A DNA stretch of 64,000 nucleotides. Origin: Chrysomallon squamiferum. Its lineage: Eukaryota; Animalia; Mollusca. The stretch's first letter is position 1, and each line of letters starts with the position of its first letter. The notes beneath the pieces are model-generated. The model was not told the origin of the DNA, searched no databases, and saw nothing but the letters and a program-made list of their open reading frames with translations. The position numbers and the translations under genes are program-made. Below, in pieces: positions 33,416-46,680 of the stretch. The stretch covers positions 4,464,001 through 4,528,000 of the forward strand of contig CM022677.1 of the NCBI GenBank assembly GCA_012295275.1, read 5' to 3'.

Positions 33416-33456
33416 CAGTAATAATAGTAATAATAAATATTAATAAATAAATAACA

Positions 33457-33503
<47 letters not shown>

Positions 33504-33800
33504 TAATAACAATGATAACAATGATAATAATAGTAATAATAGTAATAATAACAATAATAACAATAATAATAGTAATAATAATAATAATACTAAATATTAA
33601 TAACAATAATAAATAATAATAACTATTATAAATAATAATAATAACAATAATAAATAATAATACTACCAGTAATCCAGTACTAGTACTATTACTACTACTA
33701 GTAATAGAGATAATAATAATTTTTGTAGCAGTATTAGTAGCAGTAATAGTAATAACAATACTACTACTAGTACTGCTACTACTAATACTAATACTAATGC
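32800..33800. repeat. (AAT)n/(ATT)n/(ACT)n microsatellite cluster
   Basis: Direct inspection; surrounds the EGFR internal deletion junction. Confidence 0.9.
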
Positions 33801-34735
33801 TTCTTGTGTTATTCTGTTTTGTTATTAAGTGTTTAAAATACAGAGCACTTAACATGTATTGTAGATATTGCAAAATGGAGTTATCTCCATACATTACAAC
33901 ATGACTGAAAACAATTTTCCAGTGATTCGTATATTAAAAAAAAGAAAAAAAAAAAAAAAAGAAAGAGAATAAGCAATGTAATCAGTATGTATTTACTTTT
34001 ATTTAACACTAAACTGATAACTAAATATGTGACACTAACACTGTGACTTACATTTCTGACATTGTGACTTACACAGACAGACAGACAGACTGGCACACAC
34101 ACAGACAAATACTCACATGGTCAGATATAACCCACTTCATGTGACTTATATTTCTGACATTGTGACTTACATTTCTGACACCTGTGACTTACATTTCTGA
34201 CACATGTTTGGTCCTGGTCCCCAGCAGTGTCGTTTCTTTGTTGTTGGCATGTAACAGTTCGGATGACATTCTTCACCTGCAAAATAAAAAAATCAATAAA
34301 TCAATAAAAAAAAATCAAAAAAAAAAAAAAAAAAATAAAAATAAAAATAAAAATAAAAATAAAAAATATATGTAAAACAAAGAAACAAAGAATTATTAAA
34401 ATTCATTAATATCAAGAGGAAAATTTAATAAAATTTAATTATATTAAGAAAACAGATTTAAATACATATACAATATTTATTAATAAATGAATGAAATATA
34501 TATATACACACACACACACACAAACATGTAATAAAAGACAGGTTTAAATAAATATAAATATTAATTAACAAATGAATATATGATATAGACATAAGCATGT
34601 GTATGTGTGAGGGTATATATGTATGTGTATGTGTGTGTACATATGTGTAAGTGTGTATAAGTATGTGTAGGTATGTGTGTATGTGTGTTGTGTATCTGTT
34701 ATTGTGTATACATAAACACGTTTGTTGTATACATA

Positions 34736-34780
<45 letters not shown>

Positions 34781-34839
34781 TAAATAATCTAACATTTTCC
34801 TATTAAACTCTGACTTTTGTATATTTGATGAGACGAGAA

Positions 34840-35260
34840 ATCTTAAAACAGTACAGGTAACAAAGTTTACCTGAGTAATCACTTTTCTGTTGATTACCCT
34901 GTGAGTCAAAATAGACTTTGTTCTTGTAACAGTTACATGTGTTACAACCAGTTAAAGATGATAATGAAGAGAAAAAGTCTGTACAGGATGTGCAAATTTC
35001 CACTTTGTTAGACACAGGCATAGAGGAGGTGAAACTGCAAGGGGTGTTGTAGTTTTTATATCAGTGATAATAAAATGAAGGTGACTGTTTTTCAGTGAGG
35101 TTTCACCAACAGGATCAGTTTTTATCTGAGCAAGTAGTAGCATTCTCCTGTTCCGAGTAGAACTCGATGAATGAATTATCAAAATCTGTGACAGACTTTT
35201 TAAATCTATGAGAAGGTATTTATAACATAATTTTTCTTGCTGACCAATGCAAGCAATTAT
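34840..35260 (+). mobile_element. Decayed LINE (CR1/L2-like) endonuclease fragment in an EGFR intron
   Basis: IDFVLVTVTC (cf. DIICVTETWL), RHRHRGGETARGVVVFIS (cf. RKDR..GGGVAIY) and VFIT*F (cf. ITGDFN) occur in the expected order, with stops. Confidence 0.45.
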
Positions 35261-35699
35261 CTGTTTGTTATAGCTATCTTCATGATTTACTGGATATGCA
35301 CTGACTGACAGATACACAGACAGACAGACAGACTGGCACACACACAGACAAATACTCACATGGTCAGATATAACCCACTTCATGTTTAAAACAATGAAAG
35401 ACAAATACTCACATTTGTGGGTGTAACCCACTTCATCATCAAAACTGATGGGTGTGTCCATACTGAGGCTGATGTCCTTCCAGTCGATGGTAGACACAAA
35501 ACACAGCAGATTGTTGAACTGAAAAAAAATCTTGCCACGGAGAATTTCTGAAACAGAATACATTTTGAATTATGACATTAATTCCATATAGAGACATTTT
35601 ATTTTATTTTATTTTTTTTACTGTTTTTATTTCTATTACTTTTTTAAATAAGATTTTATAAACCCTTCCATCCATCCAAATAATGATCTTTCCATCAAT

Positions 35700-35719
35700 A
35701 CATCTGTATATCCATCTTT

Positions 35720-35751
<32 letters not shown>

Positions 35752-36060
35752 AATACATCTATATATATCCATCTTTACATTTATCTATATTATATCCATC
35801 TATAAATATATCTATATATATCCATCTGTAAATACATCTATATATATCTATAAATATATCTATATATATCCATCTATAAATACATCTATATATATCTATA
35901 AATATATCTATATATATCCATCTATAAATACATCTCTGTATATCCATATATAAATATATCTGTAAATCTACATATAAATACATATGTATATCTATGTATA
36001 AATACATCTGTATATCTATGTATAAATACATCTGTATATCTATTTATAAATACATTTATA
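35700..36060. repeat. AT-rich minisatellite
   Basis: atatatccatctataaatacatct variants. Confidence 0.8.
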
Positions 36061-36084
36061 TATTCAATATATTCATCCATGCAT

Positions 36085-36325
36085 CAAATGTTTAAAAATA
36101 ACAACAAAACTAGACTTACCTTGTAAATTTATAAGGAGAAGTTCTTGCAATCCAATTATAGCAGAGTTTTAAAAATAACAACAAAACTAGACTTACCTTG
36201 TAAATTTATAAGGAGAAGTTCTTGCAGTCCAGTTATAGCAGAGTTTTAAAAATAACAACAAAACTAGACTTACCTTGTAAATTTATAAGGCGAAGTTCGT
36301 GCAATCCAATTATAGCTGACTTTGT
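36085..36325 (-). repeat. Triplicated EGFR L1 exon end plus donor (about 77 bp)
   Basis: tttaaaaataacaacaaaactagacttaccttgtaaatttataagg.gaagttc.tgca occurs three times. Confidence 0.9.
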
Positions 36326-37034
36326 TTGATAGTTCAGGACTACCAACAGACTGTAGTGTTCCTGTAAGTGTTGGTACAGAGTTTCACCTCGGATTGTTCT
36401 CAGACTTGTCAGGGGGATGCGGAGAGCGTACACGCCCACTATCAGGACGTACCCCATCACCTCCTCGATGTTCTCCAGAAAGGACAAGTCGTAGTCGTAG
36501 TCGCTGTCAAGAAAAACAATCTCCAAGTTGCCGGCCACGTACGTGCAGTTGGTGTACATTTGTTTGTAAGACTCGTAACGAAAAAATGCATATCCCCTAG
36601 CAACCAGGCCCTGAGAAGTACCAGTACACACTGAAATATAAAACACAGTCATTACTATTGTTCTTCTTCTTGTTATTAATGATACAGTGACTTTAATTAA
36701 TGACATTATATGCTTTATCTTGAAATAAAACTGATATAATATTGCAACTAACAAAGTTATTATAATACCAATATTACAATATTGTATGATTTATCAAAGG
36801 GAGATTATCAAAAAGGAATTTTCCTGGCACATAACAGCAGTTTGATTTAGCACTTGAAAATTATGTGTGTGTGTGTGTGTTTGTGTGTGTGTGCGTGTGT
36901 GAATTTATATATATGTATGCATCATGCAAGTAGGTGTGCTTGTGTTTGTTTTTGTATTTCTGTATATGTTTATTAACAAAAAATCTATTATACATACAAA
37001 CACTTCTGTAAACAGTTTAATTTTTTTTTCTTTC

Positions 37035-37115
<81 letters not shown>

Positions 37116-37684
37116 GTACTGGTAGTAGTAGTAGTATGTTAATAATAATAATTAAAATTTAAAAAATAAAAACCTGATGTCTAATTAACTTAAATTCCTG
37201 TCATTCTGTAACTTGAAATACAAATCTCTAAAGAAAGTCAACATTTATATTTGAATACTGCAGTAAAAAGATTTATATTCATTTGTTAAAGTCAATATTG
37301 TAAAGAAAAATTATTATTATTATTAAACTCCATACACACCAGAAAATGAACTTTAAATAACAATTTTTATTTATTTCATTTTATTACCTATTTAACTTTT
37401 ATTTAATTATTATTTTATTTGTTGTTTATTTGTCTGTAATGTTTATTTTTCATTAATTTAAATTATTTCAATATCAGTTACTATGGTAAACATTGTTTTT
37501 TCTGTTGCCAACAAAACCTTGAATGTAGAAAAAAAAAAAAAAAATAGGCCTCACTGTTATTGACCAATGAGAAATTCAAAACAGACCAATCATTTCAGTT
37601 CATTTTGATTATCTGTAACTTGTCATTCACTTATTTTCTTTTGTAATACCAGAAATCTGCAACATTTAAGTGTCTAACAATTAC

Positions 37685-38060
37685 CTGATAACCCAAACAA
37701 GACCTCACAACAATCTCATTGAATCAAATAACAATTAAAACCACCACTAATTACATTATACTGATAACCCAAACAAGACCTCATAACAATCTCATTGAAT
37801 CAAATAACAATAAAAACCACCACTAATTACATTATACTGATAACCAAAACAAGACCTCACAACAATCTCATTGAATCAAATAACAATTAAAACCACCACT
37901 AATTACATTATACTGATAACCGAAACAAGACCTCACAACAATCTCATTGAATCAAATAACAATAAAAAACACCACTAATTACATTATACTGATAACCCAA
38001 ACAAGACCTCGCGACAATCTCATTGAATCAAATAAAAAAACACCACTAATTACATTATCT
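37685..38060. repeat. 76-bp minisatellite, 5 copies
   Basis: ctgataacccaaacaagacctcacaacaatctcattgaatcaaataacaattaaaaccaccactaattacattata at a 76-bp period. Confidence 0.95.
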
Positions 38061-39029
38061 GAACTGGACATTCTCGTAACTGACCATCAAAACCAAAAAT
38101 TATTCTGTCACCTAAAATGGGCCTAATTGTGATTAAACCAATAAAAAAAAAAGAGCAACCCCATGGGAAACTGCAAAATGCAGCACATCTGACCTATTTC
38201 CAGCTACTAACTCACCATTATTACTAGTAGCAAACACCTTTTAGTTAATAAAAAAATAAAACAAGAAAAAGAAAAGAAGAAACAAGAACAGGAATAAAAG
38301 GAATAAGAAATAATAATTTAAAAAAAAATATATATCTCTGTATCTCTCTTTCTCTCTCTCTCTCACTGTCTATCTCTCATTCTCTGTCTCTCTCACTCTC
38401 TCTCATAATTATGTTATTTTATTAATATTAAATTTATTTTAAAATTCATTCAGTCTTAGTTTTTTTTTTTTTCTCAGTACATAATTGTTTTTGTTTTTAT
38501 TATGAATACTTTTGTAAACTTTAAGTGAAATGAAATAAAATAAAACCTTTTTTTATAAATTACTCTGTTGTTTGTTTTAACTATTTACTGTAAACATTAA
38601 AAATGACAAACAATTTTTAAAACCATTTTTTTTTTCCCTCTTTTCTGTAAACAATTAATTATTATATAAAATAAAATGATTTTTGAAATTTACTATTTTC
38701 TATTAAATGAAATAAATATGTTTTTTTAAATTAGTGTGTTTGTTGTTTGTTTTTAATACTTTCTGTAAACAATTATTAAATGAAATAAAGACAATTTTAA
38801 AAACTAAATTTACTATTTTCTGTAACAATTAATGTAAATAAAACTGATTTTAAAATAACAATGTGCTTGTTTTCTTTTCAGATAATGTATTACCAACAGA
38901 ACTAACATTTGTATATATTATGGGGGAGGGTATACAGATCTGCTGAATATGTTTGAGGGGAGGGTTAATTCTCTGGGAAAGGGAAGTGAAACAGTAGATA
39001 AGTGCTGGTGTACTAGGACGTTTTGTTAA

Positions 39030-39106
39030 ACAAAAATTAAAGAATTTAATCTTTATAAATTTTATTTTCGATTCCATTTTTATAAAATATATTATTTATA
39101 TATTTT

Positions 39107-39141
<35 letters not shown>

Positions 39142-39178
39142 CGAGAAAAACACGCGTTTTGAACTCCATGTCATTTTG

Positions 39179-39221
<43 letters not shown>

Positions 39222-39312
39222 CAAAAATTAAAGAATTTAATCTTTATAAATTTTATTTTCGATTCCATTTTTTATTATTTATTTTTAAATTACTTTTTAT
39301 TTATATATTTTT

Positions 39313-39368
<56 letters not shown>

Positions 39369-39730
39369 CGTTAATATTTAGATATTACACAACGCTACAT
39401 TTGCCAGGTGAAAACACGCGTTTTTGAACTCCATGTCATTTTGGAAAACAAAATTCAACCTACCTTGTTCGTCCGCTAAATTCATCAGTCCAGAGGTAAT
39501 CCATAGCGAAGTGAAAGACAACACTAAGGCACAGTAAAATGTCATGGCATAAATCAAGCTTCCAAACAATTTTATATTTTTTAAATTACGAAAGTTGTTA
39601 AAGTGTCCCCGGTCCGCGCGCTTTCTCTAATAGTCTCGCCGGAACTTCGGAATACTTCGGGATTCTGTGCTCGTGTCGGAAACGACTTGTTCCCCTTGGG
39701 TGGGGCGCGCAGCACTTTTCACCCGTGATA

Positions 39731-39780
<50 letters not shown>

Positions 39781-39890
39781 TAGTCAAAAATTAAAGAATT
39801 TAATCTTTATAAATTTTATTATCGATTCCATTTTTTATTATTTATTTTTAAATTACTTTTTTATTTATATATTTTTTCATTATTATTATA

Positions 39891-39929
<39 letters not shown>

Positions 39930-40270
39930 GATAATTTATTATTATTATTATTATACGTTAAATATAAATATAAAATGAAAAATAAAACTAAAACAACGCT
40001 ACATTTGCCAGGTGAAAACACGCGTTTTTGAACTCCATGTCATTTTGGAAAACAAAATTCAACCTACCTTGTTCGTCCGCTAAATTCATCAGTCCAGAGG
40101 TAATCCATAGCGAAGTGAAAGACAACACTAAGGCAAAGACAATTTTCATGGTGTAAATCAAGCTTACATACACAATTTTGAATTACTATAGTTGTTAAAG
40201 TGTCCCCGGTGCGCGCCCTTTCACTAATAGTCTCGCCGGAACTTCGCTATACTTCGGGATGCTGTGGCCG
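39030..40270. repeat. About 600-bp composite unit duplicated (CpG-rich core plus AAT/ATT microsatellites)
   Basis: acaacgctacatttgccaggtgaaaacacgcg...gtgtccccggt.cgcgc...gtctcgccggaacttcg at about 39389-39665 and 39992-40262; partial third copy near 39030-39180. Confidence 0.85.
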
Positions 40271-40582
40271 TGACGTCATGCTGATTTTCTAACTGATTAA
40301 TTATTATTATTTCAATGAATTATAACAGGGGTGCCCCTACTTTTTAAATGACCAAGTCGAAATGATCTACCAACAGTAAAAACGCAAAACATTTATCTAT
40401 TTATTTTATTTTTATAAGTATACTTATATTTACAAGATATGTTGTTGTAATTGCATAACAGCGTGAACCTGTATGGCACAATACAAGTCTGTACATGTTT
40501 GACCGTCACCTTACTCTGATAAAGTGCACTTGCACTTGCAGAATAGATGATACGTTTTTTTTTAGTGTCATGCGATCTACCC

Positions 40583-40745
40583 ACACGACTTGTTCCCCTT
40601 GGGTGGGGCGTGCGGCACTTTTCGCCCGTGTCGGACAACCCTTGCCCCAATTTTGGGTACGAGCGCCCCATTTTTGCCACGTGCGGAGAAAAAGTTAATC
40701 CACTTTGAAAAAGGTATCCCTCGCATTTTGAACGAAACTTGAAAT
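40583..40745 (-). repeat. Inverted partial monomer of the 372-bp satellite (a shorter piece lies at 39670-39726)
   Basis: ttgttccccttgggtggggcgtgcggcactttt...ggtatccctcgcattttgaacgaaacttgaaa is a near reverse complement of the satellite at 45333 onward. Confidence 0.85.
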
Positions 40746-40944
40746 ATTTTTTTACTAATTTGATTACGCATGTTTAACCTCAGACATAACACATGCCTGG
40801 CTTCTCTGACAAAAGGATCTGCAAGACTGCATTGTCAGGCTGATCGCACACTTTGACGGGGATTAAGGAGACCTCTGCTCGGCTACTGAGGTGCGGAAAA
40901 GACGACTGACCCCGTGTCTTCTTCGCCTCACATCTCTTCAGCCA

Positions 40945-41442
40945 TACCCTTAATGTCGATACTATAACGAGATAGTCAAACTGGTGCCCAATACAAACAT
41001 GCTTCACCCCTACCCTTAATGTCGCTACTATAACGAGATAGTCAAACTGGTGCCCAATACAAACATGCTTCACCCCTACCCTTAATGTCGATACTATAAC
41101 GAGATAGTCAAACTGGTGCCCAATACAAACATGCTTCACCCCTACCCTTAATGTCGATACTATAACGAGATAGTCAAACTGGTGCCCAATACAAACATGC
41201 TTCACCCCTACCCTTAATGTCGATACTATAACGGGATAGTCAAACTGGTGCCCAATACAAACATGCTTCACCCTACCCTTAACGTCGATACTATAACCGA
41301 ATAGTCAAACTCGATACCCAGTATAACCGAATAGTCGAAACTAGTCATGATGCCCAGTACAAACATGCTCCAGCCCTACCCTTAATGTCGATACTATAAC
41401 CGAATAGTCAAACTGGTGCCCAATACAAACATGCTTCAGCCC
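40945..41442. repeat. 66-bp minisatellite, about 7 copies
   Basis: tacccttaatgtcgatactataacgagatagtcaaactggtgcccaatacaaacatgcttcacccc. Confidence 0.95.
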
Positions 41443-41592
41443 TCACTGGACGTCAGAATGTGTTCCTTAGCCAGCTGAAAATCACTTTCATATATGAAAT
41501 ATATTTTTTATCATCCCCAAAATGAAATATTATGAAAAAAAAAAAAATTTTAATATCGGAAAATAGCTTTTCAGTTTAAAAATATTTCTTAC

Positions 41593-42098
41593 CTGAAGCA
41601 ATGTTGTAATAAAATTAACTCCGTTACTCAGTTCCAAATTTAATTTAATATAATTACTTATATTTTTTGATTCCGTAGATACAGAATGAAAACAGTCTTA
41701 CCCCTTTCCATGTTGTAATTACTGTAAATGTTGTAGCTGTTTGTAATACTGGTTACAGCTAACGGAACGGCGAGGTATCAAGGTTATATCAGAAAAATAA
41801 TTAAGAAAACGCGCATAATATTTTTACATGTTCCGTCATTTTATCTATAGCGGTATCTTTTCTTTATTATTTTCTAATGAATTAAGATCAGTTAATCTAT
41901 TGTAGACCAGAGATCTGAACCGTGAGTTGAGTGAAAGAATCTGAGATCCAAACAGGTTAACATGAAATGTTAAACGTACCTGAAACAATGGTGTTTATTC
42001 TTTCAAATTAGTATATCAGTGTTGTGGGGAGGTATAATCATTTACAGTATGAATGACAGCAAAATAGCACAAAATACAAAAGACTTGAAAGCCGCCAT
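41593..42098 (-). pseudogene. Possible 5' fragment of a secreted or membrane protein gene (three short exon-like blocks)
   Basis: AAAATGGCGGC start giving MAAFKSFVFCAILLSFIL*. Donors CAG|gtacgt (about 41979), GGG|gtaag (41701) and CAG|gtaag (41593). Acceptors look mutated. Confidence 0.3.
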
Positions 42099-42137
42099 TT
42101 TAATCCTTATGTCACGTAATGATTGATGTTGTTGTTG

Positions 42138-42178
<41 letters not shown>

Positions 42179-43107
42179 GTTATTGTTGTTGTTGTTGTTA
42201 TTGTTGTTGTTGTTGTTGTTGGGGGATGTCTTATTTTTTCTTTTATCTTTTTAAAGACGCTAGAAGAATTTTTTTAGTAAGTCGATACAGATTATCCATC
42301 CAGTTTTGATCTCAAACGTCATAAAAAAAATACCAGAACGAAAGACAATCTAAAAAGAAACCTCTGTGTCATAGTATATTACAAAAACAAATCTGTGATT
42401 CTGTGCAAATAAAAAAAGATTAACGAAGAGAAATTATGTTTCCCTTGCTACCAGTGACGTTCATCAAATCCAAAAGTAATTTCCAGTTTTTACCTTATAC
42501 AGTTTCCTTTTTTTTTCTGTACCGCCCTGCTTAATGTTTCTATTCTCTTTAAGATATTTTTTACTAATTTTTACTTAATAAAACTGGTTTTGCCGTAAAG
42601 CGTTCCCTCAGACAATCTATTGTCTTTGTTTTTGGATGTTAAGGTAACTCAAAGTAATGTTATTTTGGATCAGTTGTTTAGAAATAGTTCAGCATTTATT
42701 GAGCATACTTTTTCTCTCTCAGAACTGTATTTAATCACTGACAAGACATGCTCTTATGATTATTTCGTCTATGTGGATGTGTTAAACGATGTCAGTTATA
42801 TAAAATATGTTCAGGATAATACGTATCTGCCGAGTGATCCCACCCCTAACACATTTGTAAATTGTTCAGACCACTAGTACTAGGGAGAGATATGCACAAA
42901 TATCTCGGAATTTGTTAGAGACAATTCCCTTATGTTATGATTAGATTACTTTTTTCTTTTAAATATATAGAATAAGAAGATTAATTTTTGGCTCTAACAA
43001 TTTACTTTAGCATACGCTTATTCACACACATATACAAACTCATGCATACACATATGTGCACCTATACGCACACACACACAGTATAAACTCACACACGCAT
43101 ACACACA

Positions 43108-43139
<32 letters not shown>

Positions 43140-43567
43140 GGACAAAACTGTTGAGAACTATGTAATAATACACATACCTCGGAGCTGTCTCTGGCGTTTT
43201 TCTTTACTGCACATTAAATAACAACAAGACTACATCTTTAGTGTAAACTACGTGCACACTGAAATAGATATTTAAAAAAGAAACAAATTCGTCAAAAAGA
43301 AATAAAGGGTGACTCTAACCTTGTCAGTGCCAACTAAATCACTGCAAATACAGACAAAATTAAAAGTGACAAAACATTTCTGTAACACAAAACAGTATAA
43401 TATTATGTTCTCTTTTTCCCCGTTTATGATAATATGTATTATTATACTAGAAGGTTACAAGTATTATATTCTCATTTTTACTGAAAACGTAAATGTAACA
43501 CATTTTTTTGAAATTTCTGTAATCTTAATACACTAAACAGTCAGGTATGATAATTATGTATTCGGTG

Positions 43568-44105
43568 TTATTCTGGTACGTACTGACGAATCACGTTTGT
43601 CATCATTCCGAGAATGGCGGGTTTTCGCATTTCTGCTTCGCTTCTTGCCAAACATCTGACCTTTAAGAAGATACTTGCCGACAAATCTTCTGTGATATCC
43701 AACTTCTCACGTTCTTTCTCTTCCATCTGCTTGGGATCCCGTTTATCTTTTTCGTTCTCTATTGATAACGTTTCTAACAAGGATCTCAAATATGGCTCAT
43801 TCCTTTCTCCTGACGTCTTCTCCATTTCTTCAGGATCCCACTCCATCTCTCCTTCTTTCGTCTTCAGTATTTCTTGCTCCCGTTTTTGTACTGCTTGTTC
43901 TGCAGCTTTCAGCATATCAGTGGTGTAGAAGCTTTGACTGTTCTTCCCTACGTTTCTTTTCACCAGATCTATCAACTGTTTTACTTGCCCTTCATCCTTG
44001 TTCACGTTGTACCAGCGCACCTGTCACCGCAATCAGTTTCTTTAAATCCTCCAGCTGAGATGTAATCGTCGAGAGTCTTCCCGTGTCGCTCCAGTTCATC
44101 GATTC
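43568..44105 (-). pseudogene. GIMAP/AIG1-type GTPase last exon, frameshifted
   Basis: GIDELERHGKTLDDYI...DLKKLI/CGDRC...QVKQLIDLVKRNVGKNSQSFYTTDMLKAAEQAVQKREQEILK matches the AIG1 G4-to-coiled-coil region. The P-loop exons are not seen; the gap follows. Confidence 0.75.
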
Positions 44106-44107
44106 CT

Positions 44108-45132
44108 ACAAACACAGCAGTGAGATAGGAAAACACAACAGTGAGATAGGGAAACACAACAGTGAGATAGGAAAGATAGGAAAACACAACAACAGTGAGA
44201 TAGGAAAACACAACAGTGAGATAGGAAAACACAACAGTGAGATAGGGAAAACAGTGAGATAGGGAAACACAACAGTGAGATAGGAAAACACAACAGTGAG
44301 ATAGGGAAACACAACAGTGAGATAGGAAAACACAACAGTGAGATAGGGAAACACAACAGTGAGATAGGGAAACACAACAGTGAGATAGGGAAACACAACA
44401 GTGAGATAGGGAAACACAACAGTGAGATAGGAAACAAAAGTGAGAGAGGAAAACACAGTGAGATAGGAAAACACAGCAGTGAGATAGGGAAACACAACAG
44501 TGAGATAGGGAAACACAACAGTGAGATAGGGAAACACAACAGTGAGAGAAAACACAACAGTGAGATAGGGAAACACAGCAGTGAGATAGGGAAACACAAC
44601 AGTGAGATAGGGAAACACAACAGTGAGATAGGAAACACAACAGTGAGATAGGGAAACACAGCAGTGAGAGGGGAAAACACAACAGTGAGATGAGAAACAG
44701 GGAAAAACACAGCAGTGAGATAGGAAAAAACACAGACAGTGAGATAGGGGAAACACAGCAGTGAGATAGGGAAACACAGCAGTGAGATAGGGAAACACAG
44801 CAGTGAGAGAGGAAAACACAACAGTGAGATAGGGAAACACAGCAGTGAGAGAGGAAAACACAACAGTGAGATAGGGAAACACAACAGTGAGATAGGGAAA
44901 CACAGTGAGTGAGATAGGAAACACAGCAGTGAGATAGGGAAACACAACAGTGAGATAGGGAAACACAGCAGTGAGATAGGGAAACACAACAGTGAGATAG
45001 GAAAACACAACAGTGAGATAGGGAAACACAACAGTGAGATAGGAAAACACAGCAGTGAGATAGGGAAACACAACAGTGAGATAGGGAAACAACAGTGAGA
45101 TAGGAAAACACAGCAGTGAGATAGGGAAACAC
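44108..45132 (-). repeat. 21-bp minisatellite abutting the GIMAP acceptor, runs into the gap
   Basis: gtgtttccctatctcactgtt, about 48 copies. Confidence 0.97.
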
Positions 45133-45332
45133 NNNNNNNNNNNNNNNNNNNNNNNNNNNNNNNNNNNNNNNNNNNNNNNNNNNNNNNNNNNNNNNNNNNN
45201 NNNNNNNNNNNNNNNNNNNNNNNNNNNNNNNNNNNNNNNNNNNNNNNNNNNNNNNNNNNNNNNNNNNNNNNNNNNNNNNNNNNNNNNNNNNNNNNNNNNN
45301 NNNNNNNNNNNNNNNNNNNNNNNNNNNNNNNN
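45133..45332. other. Assembly gap (200 N)
   Basis: Run of N; the round length suggests a scaffolding join of unknown true size. Confidence 0.99.
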
Positions 45333-46680
45333 ACCAAACGGAAAAGTGCCACACGGATTTTCAACTTTTGAAAATCGAATTTTTTCAAGTTTCGTTGAAA
45401 ATGCTAGGGGTACCTTTTTCAAAGTGCAATAACTTTTTCCGAGCACTTGGGAAAAATCGGGCGCACATACCCAAAAGTGGGGCAAGGGTTGCCCCACACG
45501 GGTCAAAAGTGCCGCACGCCCCACCCAAGGGGAACAACTCGTTTCCGACACGTGCACAAAAAACGCACATGTTTTTGAAAATTTGCTCGTTTTTTTCAAA
45601 CGCATTTTCAAAAGGTGCAGCACCTTTGGTAAATGTTGGAAACGTTTTTGCCACACTCGCCCCGACGGCGCGCACCTTTTGCACACGTCGAAATATTTTT
45701 CCCGACCAAACGGAAAAGTGCCACACGGATTTTCAACTTTTGAAAATCGAATTTTTTCAAGTTTCGTTGAAAATGCTAGGGTTACCTTTTTCAAAGTGCA
45801 ATAACTTTTTCCGAGCACGTGGGAAAAATCGGGCGCACATACCCAAAAGTGGGGCAAGGGTTGCCCCACACGGGTCAAAAGTGCCGCACGCCCCACCCAA
45901 GGGGAACAACTCGTTTCCGACACGTGCACAAAAAACGCACATGTTTTTGAAAATTTGCTCGTTTTTTTCAAACGCATTTTCAAAAGGTGCAGCACCTTTG
46001 GTAAATGTTGGAAACGTTTTTGCCACACTCGCCCCGACGGCGCGCACCTTTTGCACACGTCGAAATATTTTTCCCGACCAAACGGAAAAGTGCCACACGG
46101 ATTTTCAACTTTTGAAAATCGAATTTTTTCAAGTTTCGTTGAAAATGCTAGGGGTACCTTTTTCAAAGTGCAATAACTTTTTCCGAGCACGTGGGAAAAA
46201 TCATACCCAAAAGGGGGAACGGGGGCAAGGTTGCCCCGACACGGGTCAAAAGTGCCGCACGCCCCACCCAAGGGGAACAACTCGTTTCCGACACGTGCAC
46301 AAAAAACGCACATGTTTTTGAAAATTTGCTCGTTTTTTTTCAAACGCATTTTCAAAAGGTGCAGCACCTTTGGTAAATGTTGGAAACGTTTTTACCACAC
46401 TCGCCCCGACGGCGCGCACCTTTTCCACACGTCGAAATATTTTTCCCGACCAAACGGAAAAGTGCCACACGGATTTTCAACTTTTGAAAATCGAATTTTT
46501 TCACATGTTTTTTGAAAAAGCTCGTTTTTTTTCAAACGCATTTTCAAAAGGTGCAGCACCGTTTTTGCACAAAAAAATGTTTTTGAAAACGTTTTTTGCC
46601 ACAAACGCATTTTCAAAACGGCGCGTAAATGTTGGAAACGTTTTGGACACGACGGCGCGCACGTTTTGGACACGTGTGTA
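45333..46680 (+). repeat. 372-bp CpG-rich satellite, about 3.5 monomers, degenerating rightwards
   Basis: accaaacggaaaagtgccacacgg recurs at 45333, 45705, 46077 and 46449. Confidence 0.97.

Noticed and set aside
40780-41271. 163-aa repeat protein ORF
   Set aside because: Frame of the 66-bp minisatellite with no gene context
43178-43258. Isolated AG/GT-bounded exon-like block on the minus strand
   Set aside because: Short, no recognisable translation, cannot be assigned
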